A DNA stretch of 33,604 bases from a bacterium (GTDB taxonomy: Bacteria > Krumholzibacteriota > Krumholzibacteriia > LZORAL124-64-63): contig JAIFKS010000168.1 of the NCBI GenBank assembly GCA_020049465.1, positions 1 to 33,604 on the forward strand. The letters are read 5' to 3'. A program made the position numbers and the translations under genes. Position 1 is the first letter of the stretch. Each line of letters opens with the position of its first letter. A model generated the notes under the pieces. The model was not told the origin of the DNA, ran no database searches, and was given only the letters and a program-made list of their open reading frames with translations. Below, piece after piece: positions 26,297 through 33,604 of the stretch.

Positions 26297-27471
26297 CACG
26301 TCGTCCCGGCCGCGGCGCGCAGACGCGAACCGGCCTTGATCCGCGTCGCCTCGGGCGGCACCACCGCATCGCCCTCGCCCAGCCCGGAAACGATCTCCAC
26401 CATGCCCTCGCCCCGCAGACCCAACGTGACGGCCCGGCGCTCGGCGCGGCCGTCCTGCAGCACCAGGACCCAGGGCGAGCCATCGGCGTCGTGCACGCAT
26501 TCGGCCGGGATCACCAGCGCCGCGTCGCGGCTCGCGATCTCCACGTTGATCGACACGGTCATGTCCGGGCGCAGGAACGTCGGCGGCTGGTCGACGACCA
26601 GCTCCACCTCGATGGTGCCGCGCGCCGGATCGACCGCGGGCGCCAGCCGCGTGACGCGGGCCGTGAACACGCTGTCCGGGTACGCATCGGCCGAAGCCTG
26701 GGCCGACTGGCCGACACGAAGGTACGCGAGGTTCTTCTCCTCCGGCTGCACCGCCAGCCACGTCGGGCCCGTCGGCGCCAGATCCAGCAGTCCGGCGCCG
26801 GCCGTGACGATGTCACCCGGCTGGACCAGCCGCTGCAGAATGGTGCCCGCGGCCGGCGCCATGACCCGCGTCTGTTCGAGGCGGGCCTGCGCGGCGGCCA
26901 GCTCGGCGACAGCCAGCCGCTCGAGACTGCCGCCGGCGGCGTTGCCCCGCACCTGCGCCGCCGCGTTGTCGCGTCGGCTCGACGCCAGGTCGCGCTCGTC
27001 GCGCGCCGACTCGGCCTCTTCGGCGGAAACACCGCCGTCGACAGCCAGCGCCTCCACCCTCTCCCACTGCCTTTCGGCCCGCCGCAGGGACACTTCGGCC
27101 TGCCGCAGTTCCTCCTGCGCCGCCTGCAGATCCAGTTCGCGCACCTGCTGCAGCCGCGCCGCGGCCTGGGCGACGACGGCGACCGCCTCGTCGCTGCTCA
27201 GTTCCAGCAGCAGATCGCCCGCCTCGACGCGGTCGCCCTGATCCACGTGCAGGCGCGACACGACGCCGCCGGCCTGCGCACCCAGCTGAACACGCACCGG
27301 CACGTCGACGCGACCGTTGGCCACGATCTTCTGGACCAGAGGCCGCCGCTCCACGCGCGTCAGCGCCACGCGCGGGCCGCTCAACGCGCGCGCGCCGACG
27401 GCTATCGCGACCAGGAGCACCGCGCCGATGATGATCCCCGCGCGCATGATTCCGGTCCGGCTCGGGGTCAT
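26296..27471 (-). CDS. HlyD/MacA family periplasmic adaptor (membrane fusion) subunit
   Basis: ATG 27471 is preceded by GGAGG (6-nt spacer); an alternative ATG is at 27477. TM anchor (IMRAGIIIGAVLLVAIAV), long coiled-coil (AQAAARLQQVRELDLQAAQEELRQAEVSLRRAERQWE…), beta-barrel/MPD regions. Confidence 0.85.
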   Translation of the reverse strand: MTPSRTGIMRAGIIIGAVLLVAIAVGARALSGPRVALTRVERRPLVQKIVANGRVDVPVRVQLGAQAGGVVSRLHVDQGDRVEAGDLLLELSSDEAVAVVAQAAARLQQVRELDLQAAQEELRQAEVSLRRAERQWERVEALAVDGGVSAEEAESARDERDLASSRRDNAAAQVRGNAAGGSLERLAVAELAAAQARLEQTRVMAPAAGTILQRLVQPGDIVTAGAGLLDLAPTGPTWLAVQPEEKNLAYLRVGQSAQASADAYPDSVFTARVTRLAPAVDPARGTIEVELVVDQPPTFLRPDMTVSINVEIASRDAALVIPAECVHDADGSPWVLVLQDGRAERRAVTLGLRGEGMVEIVSGLGEGDAVVPPEATRIKAGSRLRAAAGTT

Positions 27472-27569
27472 CGCCATCCTCCACCTCTCGGGAACGGGCA
27501 TTGTCGGTGGTCATGGTAGACGCAGCGCGCGCGCTTGTCACCGGTCGCTTGGCAGGCGACGGGCTCGCC

Positions 27570-28301
27570 TCAGTGCGCGGCGTAGAGCCAGTAGAGCGGA
27601 TTGGGGGGCAGCGGCGGGTGCAGGGCCACGCGGTCGAAGGTGAAAACCACGGGCTCCAGGCGTCCGTCGTGTTCCAGGGCCAGCGTCAGGGCGATCGGGT
27701 CGGCAGCCGGTGCCGGGCGCCGCTGGATCTGCCACGCCGTCAGACGTTCCCCGGTGGCGGCCACCCGCGGCAGGGCGGGAAAGCGGATCCGGACCGGCGC
27801 GCCCTCGCCGTGGTGGCCCAGGTTGTCCGGCCTTTCCTCGGCCGCCAAGCGTGCGGGTGCACCATCGAGCGCGGCCCAGGCCCGGCCATCGCGGTCGAGC
27901 GCCGCCGATCGCGGCGAGACCGTGAACGCGGCCGCAAAATCGCCCGACACCACGATCTCGATCGTGCAGTCATCCCCCGTCTCGCCGGCGCCCGTGCCGA
28001 AGTGTTCCTCGTACTCCTCGCGCGAAGCGATGGGCCCGAAGGTCTCCGGATGCGCGACCACATACCGGTACCGGTCCTCGGCCGTCATCCCCCCTTCGCC
28101 GCGCGCGGCCCCGGCCGCGTCCACGGGCGCCGGTTGCGCATCGACGAACGACGCGCGCGCGGTCAGGAAGACGCGTCGGCCGTCCAGGTCCACCGAAGCC
28201 CCGGCGGCCTCCTGATAGCGAACCACGTACTCGTACTGCTGCCGGTCGCAGCCCGCCAGGGCCGGCAGCAGCAGCAGGCAGAGGATCAGCGCTTTCATCA
28301 T
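27570..28301 (-). CDS. Lipoprotein of unknown function, first gene of the efflux-like cluster
   Basis: MMKALILCLLLLPALAGC|DRQ lipobox. ATGATG at 28301/28298 after GGAG. Protein-like composition (YEYVVRYQEAAGASVDLDGRRVFLTARASFVD). Confidence 0.6.
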   Translation of the reverse strand: MMKALILCLLLLPALAGCDRQQYEYVVRYQEAAGASVDLDGRRVFLTARASFVDAQPAPVDAAGAARGEGGMTAEDRYRYVVAHPETFGPIASREEYEEHFGTGAGETGDDCTIEIVVSGDFAAAFTVSPRSAALDRDGRAWAALDGAPARLAAEERPDNLGHHGEGAPVRIRFPALPRVAATGERLTAWQIQRRPAPAADPIALTLALEHDGRLEPVVFTFDRVALHPPLPPNPLYWLYAAH

Positions 28302-28478
28302 GCTCCGGGGGTCACGGAATCCGAACGATCTTCTGCGCTTCATCGACACGAACGGTCCCGATCTTGAGTCCCGGGGCCCGCACGAAATCGGCGCTCCAGC
28401 CTGAATAGGACCGCCCGGAACGGGGTAACACAGCCTGGGGGATGCCTCGAGTTCAGGATACCCGTCAAAGGCGCACCG

Positions 28479-28488
28479 GTGCTAGAAT
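28479..28488 (+). promoter_or_regulatory. Extended -10 promoter element TGcTAGAAT upstream of the NfeD/flotillin operon
   Basis: TGn + TAGAAT (5/6 to TATAAT), ~65 nt upstream of ATG 28552. No convincing -35 hexamer. Confidence 0.3.
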
Positions 28489-28551
28489 CGCCCGCGTCGC
28501 CCGATGAATCACGCGCGCCACGCGGCGCGCCTGCGGAAAGAGGGCCTCATC

Positions 28552-29181
28552 ATGTCCTGGTGGTATGCGCTGACGCTCGACCTGCAGGTCTTCTATGCCC
28601 TGGGCGTCCTGGCCACGGGTCTTCTGATCATCCAGCTCATCATGACCATCCTCGGCGCGGGCCATGAAAGCCTGGACGGCGCCCCCGGCCTGCCGGCGGA
28701 CGGTTTGACCGCGGCCGACGGCGTCGGCCTGGACCACGCGCTGACGGGCGCCGGCCCCGACCTCGAACACGGCAGCGGCCTCGGCCTGGTCTCCACGCGC
28801 TCGGTCATCGCGTTCGTGGCCGGCTTCGGCTGGACCGGGGCCATGGCGCGGCACAGCGGCTGGTCGATGGTGCCGACGGTGGCCGTCGCGCTGGTCGTCG
28901 GCTTCGCGCTGATGTTCATGGTCTACTGGCTCATGCGCTGGCTCTATTCGCTGCGCGGAAGCGGCTCGCTGGATTACCGCAACGCGATCGGCGCCACCGG
29001 AACGGTCTACGTGACCGTGCCGGCCGCCGGGCACGGTTCCGGCCAGATCCAGATCCTGGTGCAGGGGCGCCTGGCCACCGTGGCGGCCGCCAACGCGGGT
29101 CCGCAGCCGATCGCCTCGGGCCGCACGGTCAAAGTCATCCAGTTGCTGACGGGCAACACCCTGCTGGTCGAAGCGCTCTAG
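28552..29181 (+). CDS. NfeD-like / YqiJ family membrane protein (partner of SPFH/flotillin)
   Basis: ATG 28552 (MSWWYALTLDLQVFYALGVLATGLLIIQLIM). Two N-terminal TM segments plus a C-terminal OB-fold-like soluble part (…GTVYVTVPAAGHGSGQIQILVQGRLATVAA…GRTVKVIQLLTGNTLLVEA). Immediately upstream of a flotillin gene, as in yqiJK-type operons. Confidence 0.7.
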   Translation: MSWWYALTLDLQVFYALGVLATGLLIIQLIMTILGAGHESLDGAPGLPADGLTAADGVGLDHALTGAGPDLEHGSGLGLVSTRSVIAFVAGFGWTGAMARHSGWSMVPTVAVALVVGFALMFMVYWLMRWLYSLRGSGSLDYRNAIGATGTVYVTVPAAGHGSGQIQILVQGRLATVAAANAGPQPIASGRTVKVIQLLTGNTLLVEAL

Positions 29182-29257
29182 CTGCGTCCGGCGGGTCGTC
29201 CGTCGTTCACTTGGGGGGAACGGGTGCGCGCACGCGCGCCCGAAGGGAGATGCCGAC

Positions 29258-30670
29258 ATGATGGGTAACGAATTCCCGATTCTGGTGGGAACGATCATCC
29301 TGATCTTCTTCGTGACGCTGATCGGGTTCGCGGCGCGCTACAAGCGGTGCCCGTCCGACAAGATCCTGGTCGTCTACGGCAAGATCGGCGGCTCGGGATC
29401 CACGGCCTCGGCCAAGTGCATCCACGGCGGCGCCACCTTCATCTGGCCGGTGCTGCAGGACCATTCGTTCCTGGACCTGACGCCCATGCCCATCGAGATC
29501 AAGCTCGAAGGCGCGCTGTCCAAGCAGAACATCCGCGTCAACACGCCGTCCACGTTCACCGTCGGCATCTCGACCGAACCCGGCATCATGCACAACGCCG
29601 CCGAGCGCCTGCTCGGCCTGACGCAGCAGAACATCCAGGACATCGCACGCGACATCATCTTCGGCCAGATGCGCGTGGTCATCGCCACGATGTCGATCGA
29701 GGATGTGAACGCCGACCGCGAACAGCTGATCGACAACATCACCAAGGGTGTCGAGTCCGAACTGCAGAAGGTCGGCCTGCGCCTGATCAACGTGAACATC
29801 CAGGACATCACCGACGAATCCGGCTACATCGCGGCGCTGGGCCAGGAAGCGGCCGCGCGCGCCATCAACGATGCCAAGCGCAAGGTGGCCGAACAGGTGC
29901 GCGACGGCGAGATCGGCAAGGCCGAAGCCGAGCGCGAACAGCGCGTCCGGGTCGCCGCCGCCCACGCCGCCGCGGTCGAGGGCGAGAACACGGCCAAGAT
30001 CACCGTCGCCAACTCGGACGCCGCGCGGCGCGAACGCCAGGCCGAGGCCGAGCGCCGCGCCGTCGCCACCGAGAAGGTGCAGACGGCGCAGGCCCTGCAG
30101 GAATCCTACACGGCCGAGGAATTGGCCGAACGCGAGCGCGCCCGCCGCGAAGAGGCCACGCAGGTCGCCAACATCATCGTGCCGGCCGAGATCGAGAAGC
30201 GGCGCGTCGAGGTCATCGCCGAAGCCGAAGCCGAGCGCCTTCGCCGCACCAAGCGGGGCGAGGCCGACGGTGTCCTGTTCATGATGACTGCCGAAGCCGA
30301 CGGCCTGAAGGCCATCCTCACGCGCAAGGCGGCGGGCTTCCAGGACATCGTCAAGGCGGCCGAGAACCAGGCCGAACTGGCGGCGCTGCTGCTGATCACC
30401 GAACAGCTGCCGGCCCTGGTCGAGGCGCAGGTCAAGGCCATCTCCAACCTGAAGATCGACCAGATCACGGTCTGGGAAGGCGGCCGCCAGGCGGACGGCA
30501 AAACGTCGACCGCCGACTTCCTGTCGGGCATGGTCGGTGTGCTGCCGCCGCTGCATGAACTGACGAAGAACGTGGGGATCGACCTGCCGCAGTACCTGGG
30601 CAAGGTCAGCGAACGGCTGGATCAGGCTGGAACCCGCGGCGCGGAGCCGATCGGGCCGGGAACCACCTGA
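29258..30670 (+). CDS. Flotillin / SPFH (band-7) family protein (YqiK/FloT-like)
   Basis: ATGATG 29258 after AAGGGAGA. N-terminal TM (FPILVGTIILIFFVTLIGFAA), SPFH domain, long Ala/Glu-rich coiled-coil (EQRVRVAAAHAAAVEGENTAKITVANSDAARRERQAEAERRA…), C-terminal flotillin region. Confidence 0.9.
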   Translation: MMGNEFPILVGTIILIFFVTLIGFAARYKRCPSDKILVVYGKIGGSGSTASAKCIHGGATFIWPVLQDHSFLDLTPMPIEIKLEGALSKQNIRVNTPSTFTVGISTEPGIMHNAAERLLGLTQQNIQDIARDIIFGQMRVVIATMSIEDVNADREQLIDNITKGVESELQKVGLRLINVNIQDITDESGYIAALGQEAAARAINDAKRKVAEQVRDGEIGKAEAEREQRVRVAAAHAAAVEGENTAKITVANSDAARRERQAEAERRAVATEKVQTAQALQESYTAEELAERERARREEATQVANIIVPAEIEKRRVEVIAEAEAERLRRTKRGEADGVLFMMTAEADGLKAILTRKAAGFQDIVKAAENQAELAALLLITEQLPALVEAQVKAISNLKIDQITVWEGGRQADGKTSTADFLSGMVGVLPPLHELTKNVGIDLPQYLGKVSERLDQAGTRGAEPIGPGTT

Positions 30671-30684
30671 CCGCTGGCCGCACG

Positions 30685-30730
30685 GTGGACGTCGGGAGCG
30701 CGTGCGTGGCCCGACGTCCACGCCTTTCTC
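30685..30730 (+). terminator. Intrinsic terminator after the flotillin gene
   Basis: GUGGACGUCGGG-(13-nt loop)-CCCGACGUCCAC is a 12-bp perfect stem, followed by GCCUUUCUC. Confidence 0.55.
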
Positions 30731-30762
30731 GCATCCGATGTGACGCCCCGTTTACCCCTCCG

Positions 30763-30780
30763 ACTTGCGCCGGCGCAATT
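30763..30780. repeat. Copy 3 of the REP-like perfect palindrome (acTTGCGCCGGCGCAAtt)
   Basis: Same 14-bp core as at 2830..2843 and 10559..10572. Located between the flotillin terminator and the peroxiredoxin start. Confidence 0.55.
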
Positions 30781-30965
30781 CCCATTCATCCGCTTCGGAT
30801 TGCATGCCCCGTGGATCGCGGTATGGTGTGGCCCATATCCCGATCCATCAGGAGGTCAGCATGACCACGAAGAAGCAAGGGTGTGTGGCCGCCGCCGCGG
30901 GACCGATCACACCCCACCGCTCCCATGAAGAGACCGGTTCCATCCCGTCGCAGGAGGTCCCCCGC

Positions 30966-31562
30966 ATGCAAGCCAGAGTCGGCAGGGAAGCGCCCGATTT
31001 CGAAGCCACCGCCTTCATGCCCCTGACCGGCGACTTCCATCCGGTGAAGCTCTCGGACTACAAGGGGAAGTGGATCACGCTCTGCTTCTATCCGGGCGAC
31101 TTCACCTTCGTCTGACCCACCGAACTGGCGGCGGTCGCCGCTGATCATGTCGAACTGACGAAACTGGGCGTCACTGTGCTGGCCATGAGCACCGACAGCC
31201 GTTTCACGCACAAGATCTGGCAGGAACAGGAACTGTCGAAGATGGTGGAAGGCGGCGTGCCGTTCCCCATGCTGTCCGATGCCGGCGGCAGGATCGGCGC
31301 CGTCTACGGCGTCTACGACGAAGCGGCGGGCGTGGACATCCGCGGCCGCTTCATCATCGACCCGGACTTCGTGATCCGCGCCATGGAAGTGCTCACGCCG
31401 GAAGTGGGGCGCAACCCCGCCGAACTGTCGCGGCAGATCAAGGCCTTCCAGCACGTGGCCAGGACCGGCGAAGTGACGCCGTCGGGCTGGAATCCGGGCG
31501 ACACGACCTTGACGCCCGGACCCGATCTGGTCGGCAAGGTGTGGACCAAGTGGAAGCCGTGA
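30966..31562 (+). CDS. prxU: Selenocysteine-containing peroxiredoxin (AhpC/Prx1 typical-2-Cys fold, PrxU-like): in-frame TGA at 31113..31115 replaces the peroxidatic Cys codon; resolving Cys replaced by Thr
   Basis: ORFs 30765..31115 and 31176..31562 are in the same frame, separated only by TGA. Read-through gives …[55 protein letters not shown]…[16 protein letters not shown]…, i.e. the universal Prx FTFVCPTE active site with C->U. The C-terminal [12 protein letters not shown] sits where 2-Cys Prx have GEVCPAGW. ATG 30966 ([17 protein letters not shown], canonical Prx N-terminus) follows CAGGAGG. An alternative in-frame ATG at 30861, also after GGAGG, would add 35 aa. Confidence 0.85.
31126..31143 (+). 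other. Putative bacterial SECIS hairpin 11 nt downstream of the UGA (Sec) codon
   Basis: UGA(31113..31115)-11 nt-U G G C G G C [GGUC] G C C G C U G gives a 7-bp stem (two G·U wobbles at the base) with a 4-nt apical loop containing G and U. This is the classical position of an E. coli-type SECIS. Confidence 0.5.
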
Positions 31563-31587
31563 GCTGAGCCTCGCGTGAAATGACAAA

Positions 31588-31621
31588 GGCCCCGCTGTCC
31601 ACGACAGCGGGGCCTCGTTTT
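31588..31621. terminator. Bidirectional rho-independent terminator between the peroxiredoxin (+) and lipoprotein (-) genes
   Basis: GGCCCCGCUGUC-cac-GACAGCGGGGCC is a 12-bp perfect stem, followed by UCGUUUU. On the minus strand it is preceded by AAA (UUU in the minus-strand RNA). Confidence 0.75.
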
Positions 31622-31629
31622 CCGGCCGG

Positions 31630-32430
31630 CTACGGAGATGCGCCGTCTCCGGCCTCGAACACGGCCAGCGGCGCCATCTTCGCCTTGTGCAGCTTCAGGA
31701 TGCTGCCGTCCGTGGTGTAGTTGTCCGCGGATTCAAGGGCTTCCAGGAAAGCGCTTTCGATCTCCAGGTCGGGGCAGAACATCTTGGTGGCGCCCATCGC
31801 CGAGAAACGGATCCGGTCACCCGGCAGGTACTCCACGCCGCCGAAGAACGTGTTGCAGCCGCCGAAGCCGTTCACACGGTTGCCTTCCCCGGCGAACACC
31901 AGGAACGGCGCCTTGCGATCGGCGGGCGCCTTCACCGGCTTTCCACGCAACTCCACCAGGCGCCACGTGCGCGGCGCCACCAGTGCTTCCGGCGCGGCGC
32001 GGTCCTTCGTCAACAGGTAGCGATCGGCCAGATCGCCGGTGATCCGCTGTCCCTGCCGATCCAGCTGGAAGAGCACGTTCTCGCCGACCCGATAGGACGA
32101 CGGCCCGTCGTCAAGACCCTGCAGCCGAACAATGCCGCCGGTCTCGTCCCAGCTGAACGCGCCCTGTTTTTCGAAGACCTGCGCGTCCCGGCCCAGGTAG
32201 CGGGTGGTCACCGCATAGGTCAGGTCGCTGTTCAGCGTGACCGTGGTCTCGATGCCTTCGCAATCGGCGCAGGGCGTCACGCCCCGATAGACGCCCGGCC
32301 AGTCCACAGCCGTGGAGCTGCCATCCATCGTCGCCGGAAAACCAGCGTCGGCGGCCGGCTTCGTCGCGGCGCAACCGGTGGTCGCCAGGATCGCGGCCAT
32401 CATCGACATCACGATCAGGCGTGCTTTCAT
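31630..32430 (-). CDS. Lipoprotein with NlpE N-terminal-like domain (CxxC) fused to a META/HslJ-like domain
   Basis: ATG 32430 after GGGAGA (7-nt spacer). Lipobox MMAAILATTGC|A. Motif WPGVYRGVTPCADCEGIETTVTL (NlpE_N-like). C-terminal …NGFGGCNTFFGGVEY…RIRFSAMGATKMFCP…ESAFLEAL (META domain). Confidence 0.8.
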   Translation of the reverse strand: MKARLIVMSMMAAILATTGCAATKPAADAGFPATMDGSSTAVDWPGVYRGVTPCADCEGIETTVTLNSDLTYAVTTRYLGRDAQVFEKQGAFSWDETGGIVRLQGLDDGPSSYRVGENVLFQLDRQGQRITGDLADRYLLTKDRAAPEALVAPRTWRLVELRGKPVKAPADRKAPFLVFAGEGNRVNGFGGCNTFFGGVEYLPGDRIRFSAMGATKMFCPDLEIESAFLEALESADNYTTDGSILKLHKAKMAPLAVFEAGDGASP

Positions 32431-32470
32431 GGCCGGTTCTCCCGCTGTGCTGAATGAACGTCGCCGCTGA

Positions 32471-33385
32471 CTACCGCCCCAGCAGAACCGCCTTGGCGAT
32501 CATCCCCGCCATCTCGGGGTTCTCCTTCAGGCGCCGCGACGAATAGCCGTACCAGTCCTCGCCGAACGGCACGTACACCCGCAGGTGATGGCCTTCGGCC
32601 AGGATGCGCCGCCGCACGCCCTCGCGCACGCCCAGCAGCATCTGGAATTCGTACTGGTCGTTCTTCAGGGCGCGTTCCTTGATGAGCGCGCGCGCGTCGT
32701 CGATCAGCGGATCGTCGTGGGTGGCGATGGCGGGATAGAAGCTGTTGTCGACCATCAGGCGCAGCAGCTTCTTGTAGTTGGCGCGGACTTCTTCGCGGTC
32801 GGTGAAGGCGATCGCGTGCGCCTCCTTGTAGATCCCCTTGCACAGGCGCACGACGGGCCGGTACTCGATCAGGGAACGCACGTCCTGTTCGCTGCGCCGC
32901 AGCATGGCCTGGATGACGACGCCCACGTTGGTGAAGTTCTCTTCGCGCAGCGTGCGGTACGCGCGCAGGGTGGCGTCGGTGTAGGGGCTGTTCTCCATGT
33001 CGATGTTGACGAAGACGCCCAGCTCGCGCCCCCGCGCCACGACTTCACGGATGTTGTCGGTGCCGAAGCCCTCGTCGATGCCCAGGCCCAGGCTGGTCGG
33101 CTTCAAGGACAGGCCGGCCGCGGCCTGCAGACCCTGCGCCTTGATCGCGGCCAGCACCTCGAGGCTCTCGGCCTTGCTCTTGAGCGCGACGCTGCGCTCC
33201 TTCACGAACTCGCCCAGCACGTCGATCGTGGACCAGGCCTTCTCGTCCCGGTCGAGGCGCGCCGCCGTGTTGATGGCGTCCGGCAACCGGTCGCCGGCGA
33301 TGTAGCGCATGGAAACCTTGCGGATGATGCCCTTGGGGATCATCGGCAGCATGGTCACGATCATCTGGTTGAACACGCAATGCAC
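32471..33385 (-). CDS. Proline dehydrogenase (monofunctional PutA-like PRODH, FAD-dependent)
   Basis: Strong similarity pattern to bacterial monofunctional PRODH (…RYIAGDRLPDAINTAARL…STIDVLGEFV…GVFVNIDMENSPYTDATLRAYRTLREE…VGVVIQAMLRRSEQDV…RPVVRLCKGIYKE…HDDPLI…YEFQMLLGVREGV…LRVYVPFGEDWYGYSSRRLKENPE). The start is ambiguous (GTG 33385 or internal ATGs; no clear ribosome-binding site); the stop at 32471 is firm. Confidence 0.85.
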   Translation of the reverse strand: MHCVFNQMIVTMLPMIPKGIIRKVSMRYIAGDRLPDAINTAARLDRDEKAWSTIDVLGEFVKERSVALKSKAESLEVLAAIKAQGLQAAAGLSLKPTSLGLGIDEGFGTDNIREVVARGRELGVFVNIDMENSPYTDATLRAYRTLREENFTNVGVVIQAMLRRSEQDVRSLIEYRPVVRLCKGIYKEAHAIAFTDREEVRANYKKLLRLMVDNSFYPAIATHDDPLIDDARALIKERALKNDQYEFQMLLGVREGVRRRILAEGHHLRVYVPFGEDWYGYSSRRLKENPEMAGMIAKAVLLGR

Positions 33386-33545
33386 CGCCTGGCAGGAGTC
33401 GGAAAAAACGCGTCACCGACGGCCGAAATATGGTGGCGCGGCGCGGCAGGGGCAAATGCGTTCCCGGCCGCGGATCGCGCCGCCGAACGCCCGGCCTGAG
33501 CTGACGGTCCGCACCGGCCGGAGCGTTCCGGTGGCCTTTCGGCGG

Positions 33546-33604
33546 CTACTTCTTTTCGCCCCCGATGAACCGGTAGACCACGGCGCCCAGCACGGCACCG
33601 ATGA
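33546..33604 (-). CDS. C-terminal tip of a GlsB/YeaQ/YmgE-like small membrane protein (3'-end only; gene continues beyond window end)
   Basis: Minus-strand translation …IGAVLGAVVYRFIGGEKK* with TAG at 33548..33546. Only 19 codons visible. Confidence 0.35.
   Translation of the reverse strand, partial: IGAVLGAVVYRFIGGEKK

Noticed and set aside
24476-27241. Plus-strand 921-aa ORF across the ABC/FtsX/HlyD cluster
   Set aside because: Ser/Arg/Ala-rich antisense artefact. The minus strand encodes three overlapping, motif-bearing transporter genes.
29207-30721. Minus-strand 504-aa ORF and plus-strand alternate-frame ORF 29347..30558 over the flotillin gene
   Set aside because: Low-complexity and lacking motifs. 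The flotillin frame is unambiguous.
31113-31115. TGA interpreted as a genuine stop (split or pseudogenised peroxiredoxin)
   Set aside because: The codon sits exactly at the peroxidatic Cys position. The downstream frame is intact and conserved to a normal Prx C-terminus. A SECIS-like hairpin follows at the canonical 11-nt spacing. Selenocysteine recoding is the more parsimonious reading, though machinery genes must be confirmed elsewhere.
33386-33545. Possible terminator hairpin CACCGG…CCGGUG downstream of the edge YeaQ-like gene
   Set aside because: Short 6-bp stem with a 10-nt loop and no U-tract; not convincing enough to call.

Overview
This is a high-GC (roughly 70%) bacterial chromosomal segment with about 35 genes, many of them accessory or sensory. 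Because of the GC content, many of the long ORFs in the six-frame track are Arg/Ala-rich antisense or out-of-frame artefacts. I selected real genes by protein-like composition, recognisable motifs, Shine-Dalgarno sequences and GC3.

Genes, left to right:
- A 5'-truncated minus-strand sensor gene runs off the left edge. Its periplasmic domain carries a CxxCH heme motif (DUF3365-like). The ORF track does not list it.
- An OmpA-family outer-membrane protein carries four tandem 96-bp thrombospondin type-3 (calcium-binding) repeats.
- Two large paralogous secreted proteins end in a FlgD-Ig-like / T9SS type-A C-terminal sorting domain (C-terminal 'PNPFNP..TT...KMSLVR'). They flank a small secreted protein that shares a 'D..D(L/I)P.P..PPG' module with them. 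An O-antigen-ligase (Wzy_C)-TPR fusion membrane protein follows, translationally coupled through a GTGA overlap.
- Small minus-strand genes follow: a GNAT acetyltransferase, a NUDIX hydrolase, a hypothetical protein, a zf-TFIIB zinc-ribbon protein and a YkgJ Cys-cluster protein.
- A photosensory/signalling island follows. It holds a LOV ('GRNCRFLQG')-PP2C phosphatase, a fasciclin protein, a CarH/LitR-like MerR + B12-binding regulator and a divergent SRPBCC protein. It also holds an operon of a multi-PAS/GAF histidine kinase with a REC-HD-GYP response regulator, and a small histidine kinase. The promoter regions of this island are AT-rich islands that share an 11-mer.
- A lipoprotein gene and a MacAB-like lipoprotein-HlyD-FtsX-ABC operon come next.
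- An NfeD(YqiJ)-flotillin pair comes next.
- A 2-Cys-type peroxiredoxin has its peroxidatic Cys codon replaced by an in-frame TGA (FTFV-TGA-PTE). A SECIS-like hairpin sits 11 nt downstream. This is a PrxU-like selenocysteine peroxiredoxin that the ORF track split into two ORFs.
- An NlpE_N+META lipoprotein, a monofunctional proline dehydrogenase and the C-terminal tip of a GlsB/YeaQ-like gene at the right edge close the window.

A 14-bp perfect palindrome, TTGCGCCGGCGCAA, recurs three times in 3' intergenic regions. Several intrinsic terminators and sigma70-like promoters are visible. No rRNA or tRNA genes and no CRISPR or IS elements were seen. A phylum guess of Gemmatimonadota-like or a candidate phylum rests only on GC content, the FlgD-Ig C-terminal domains and Sec usage.
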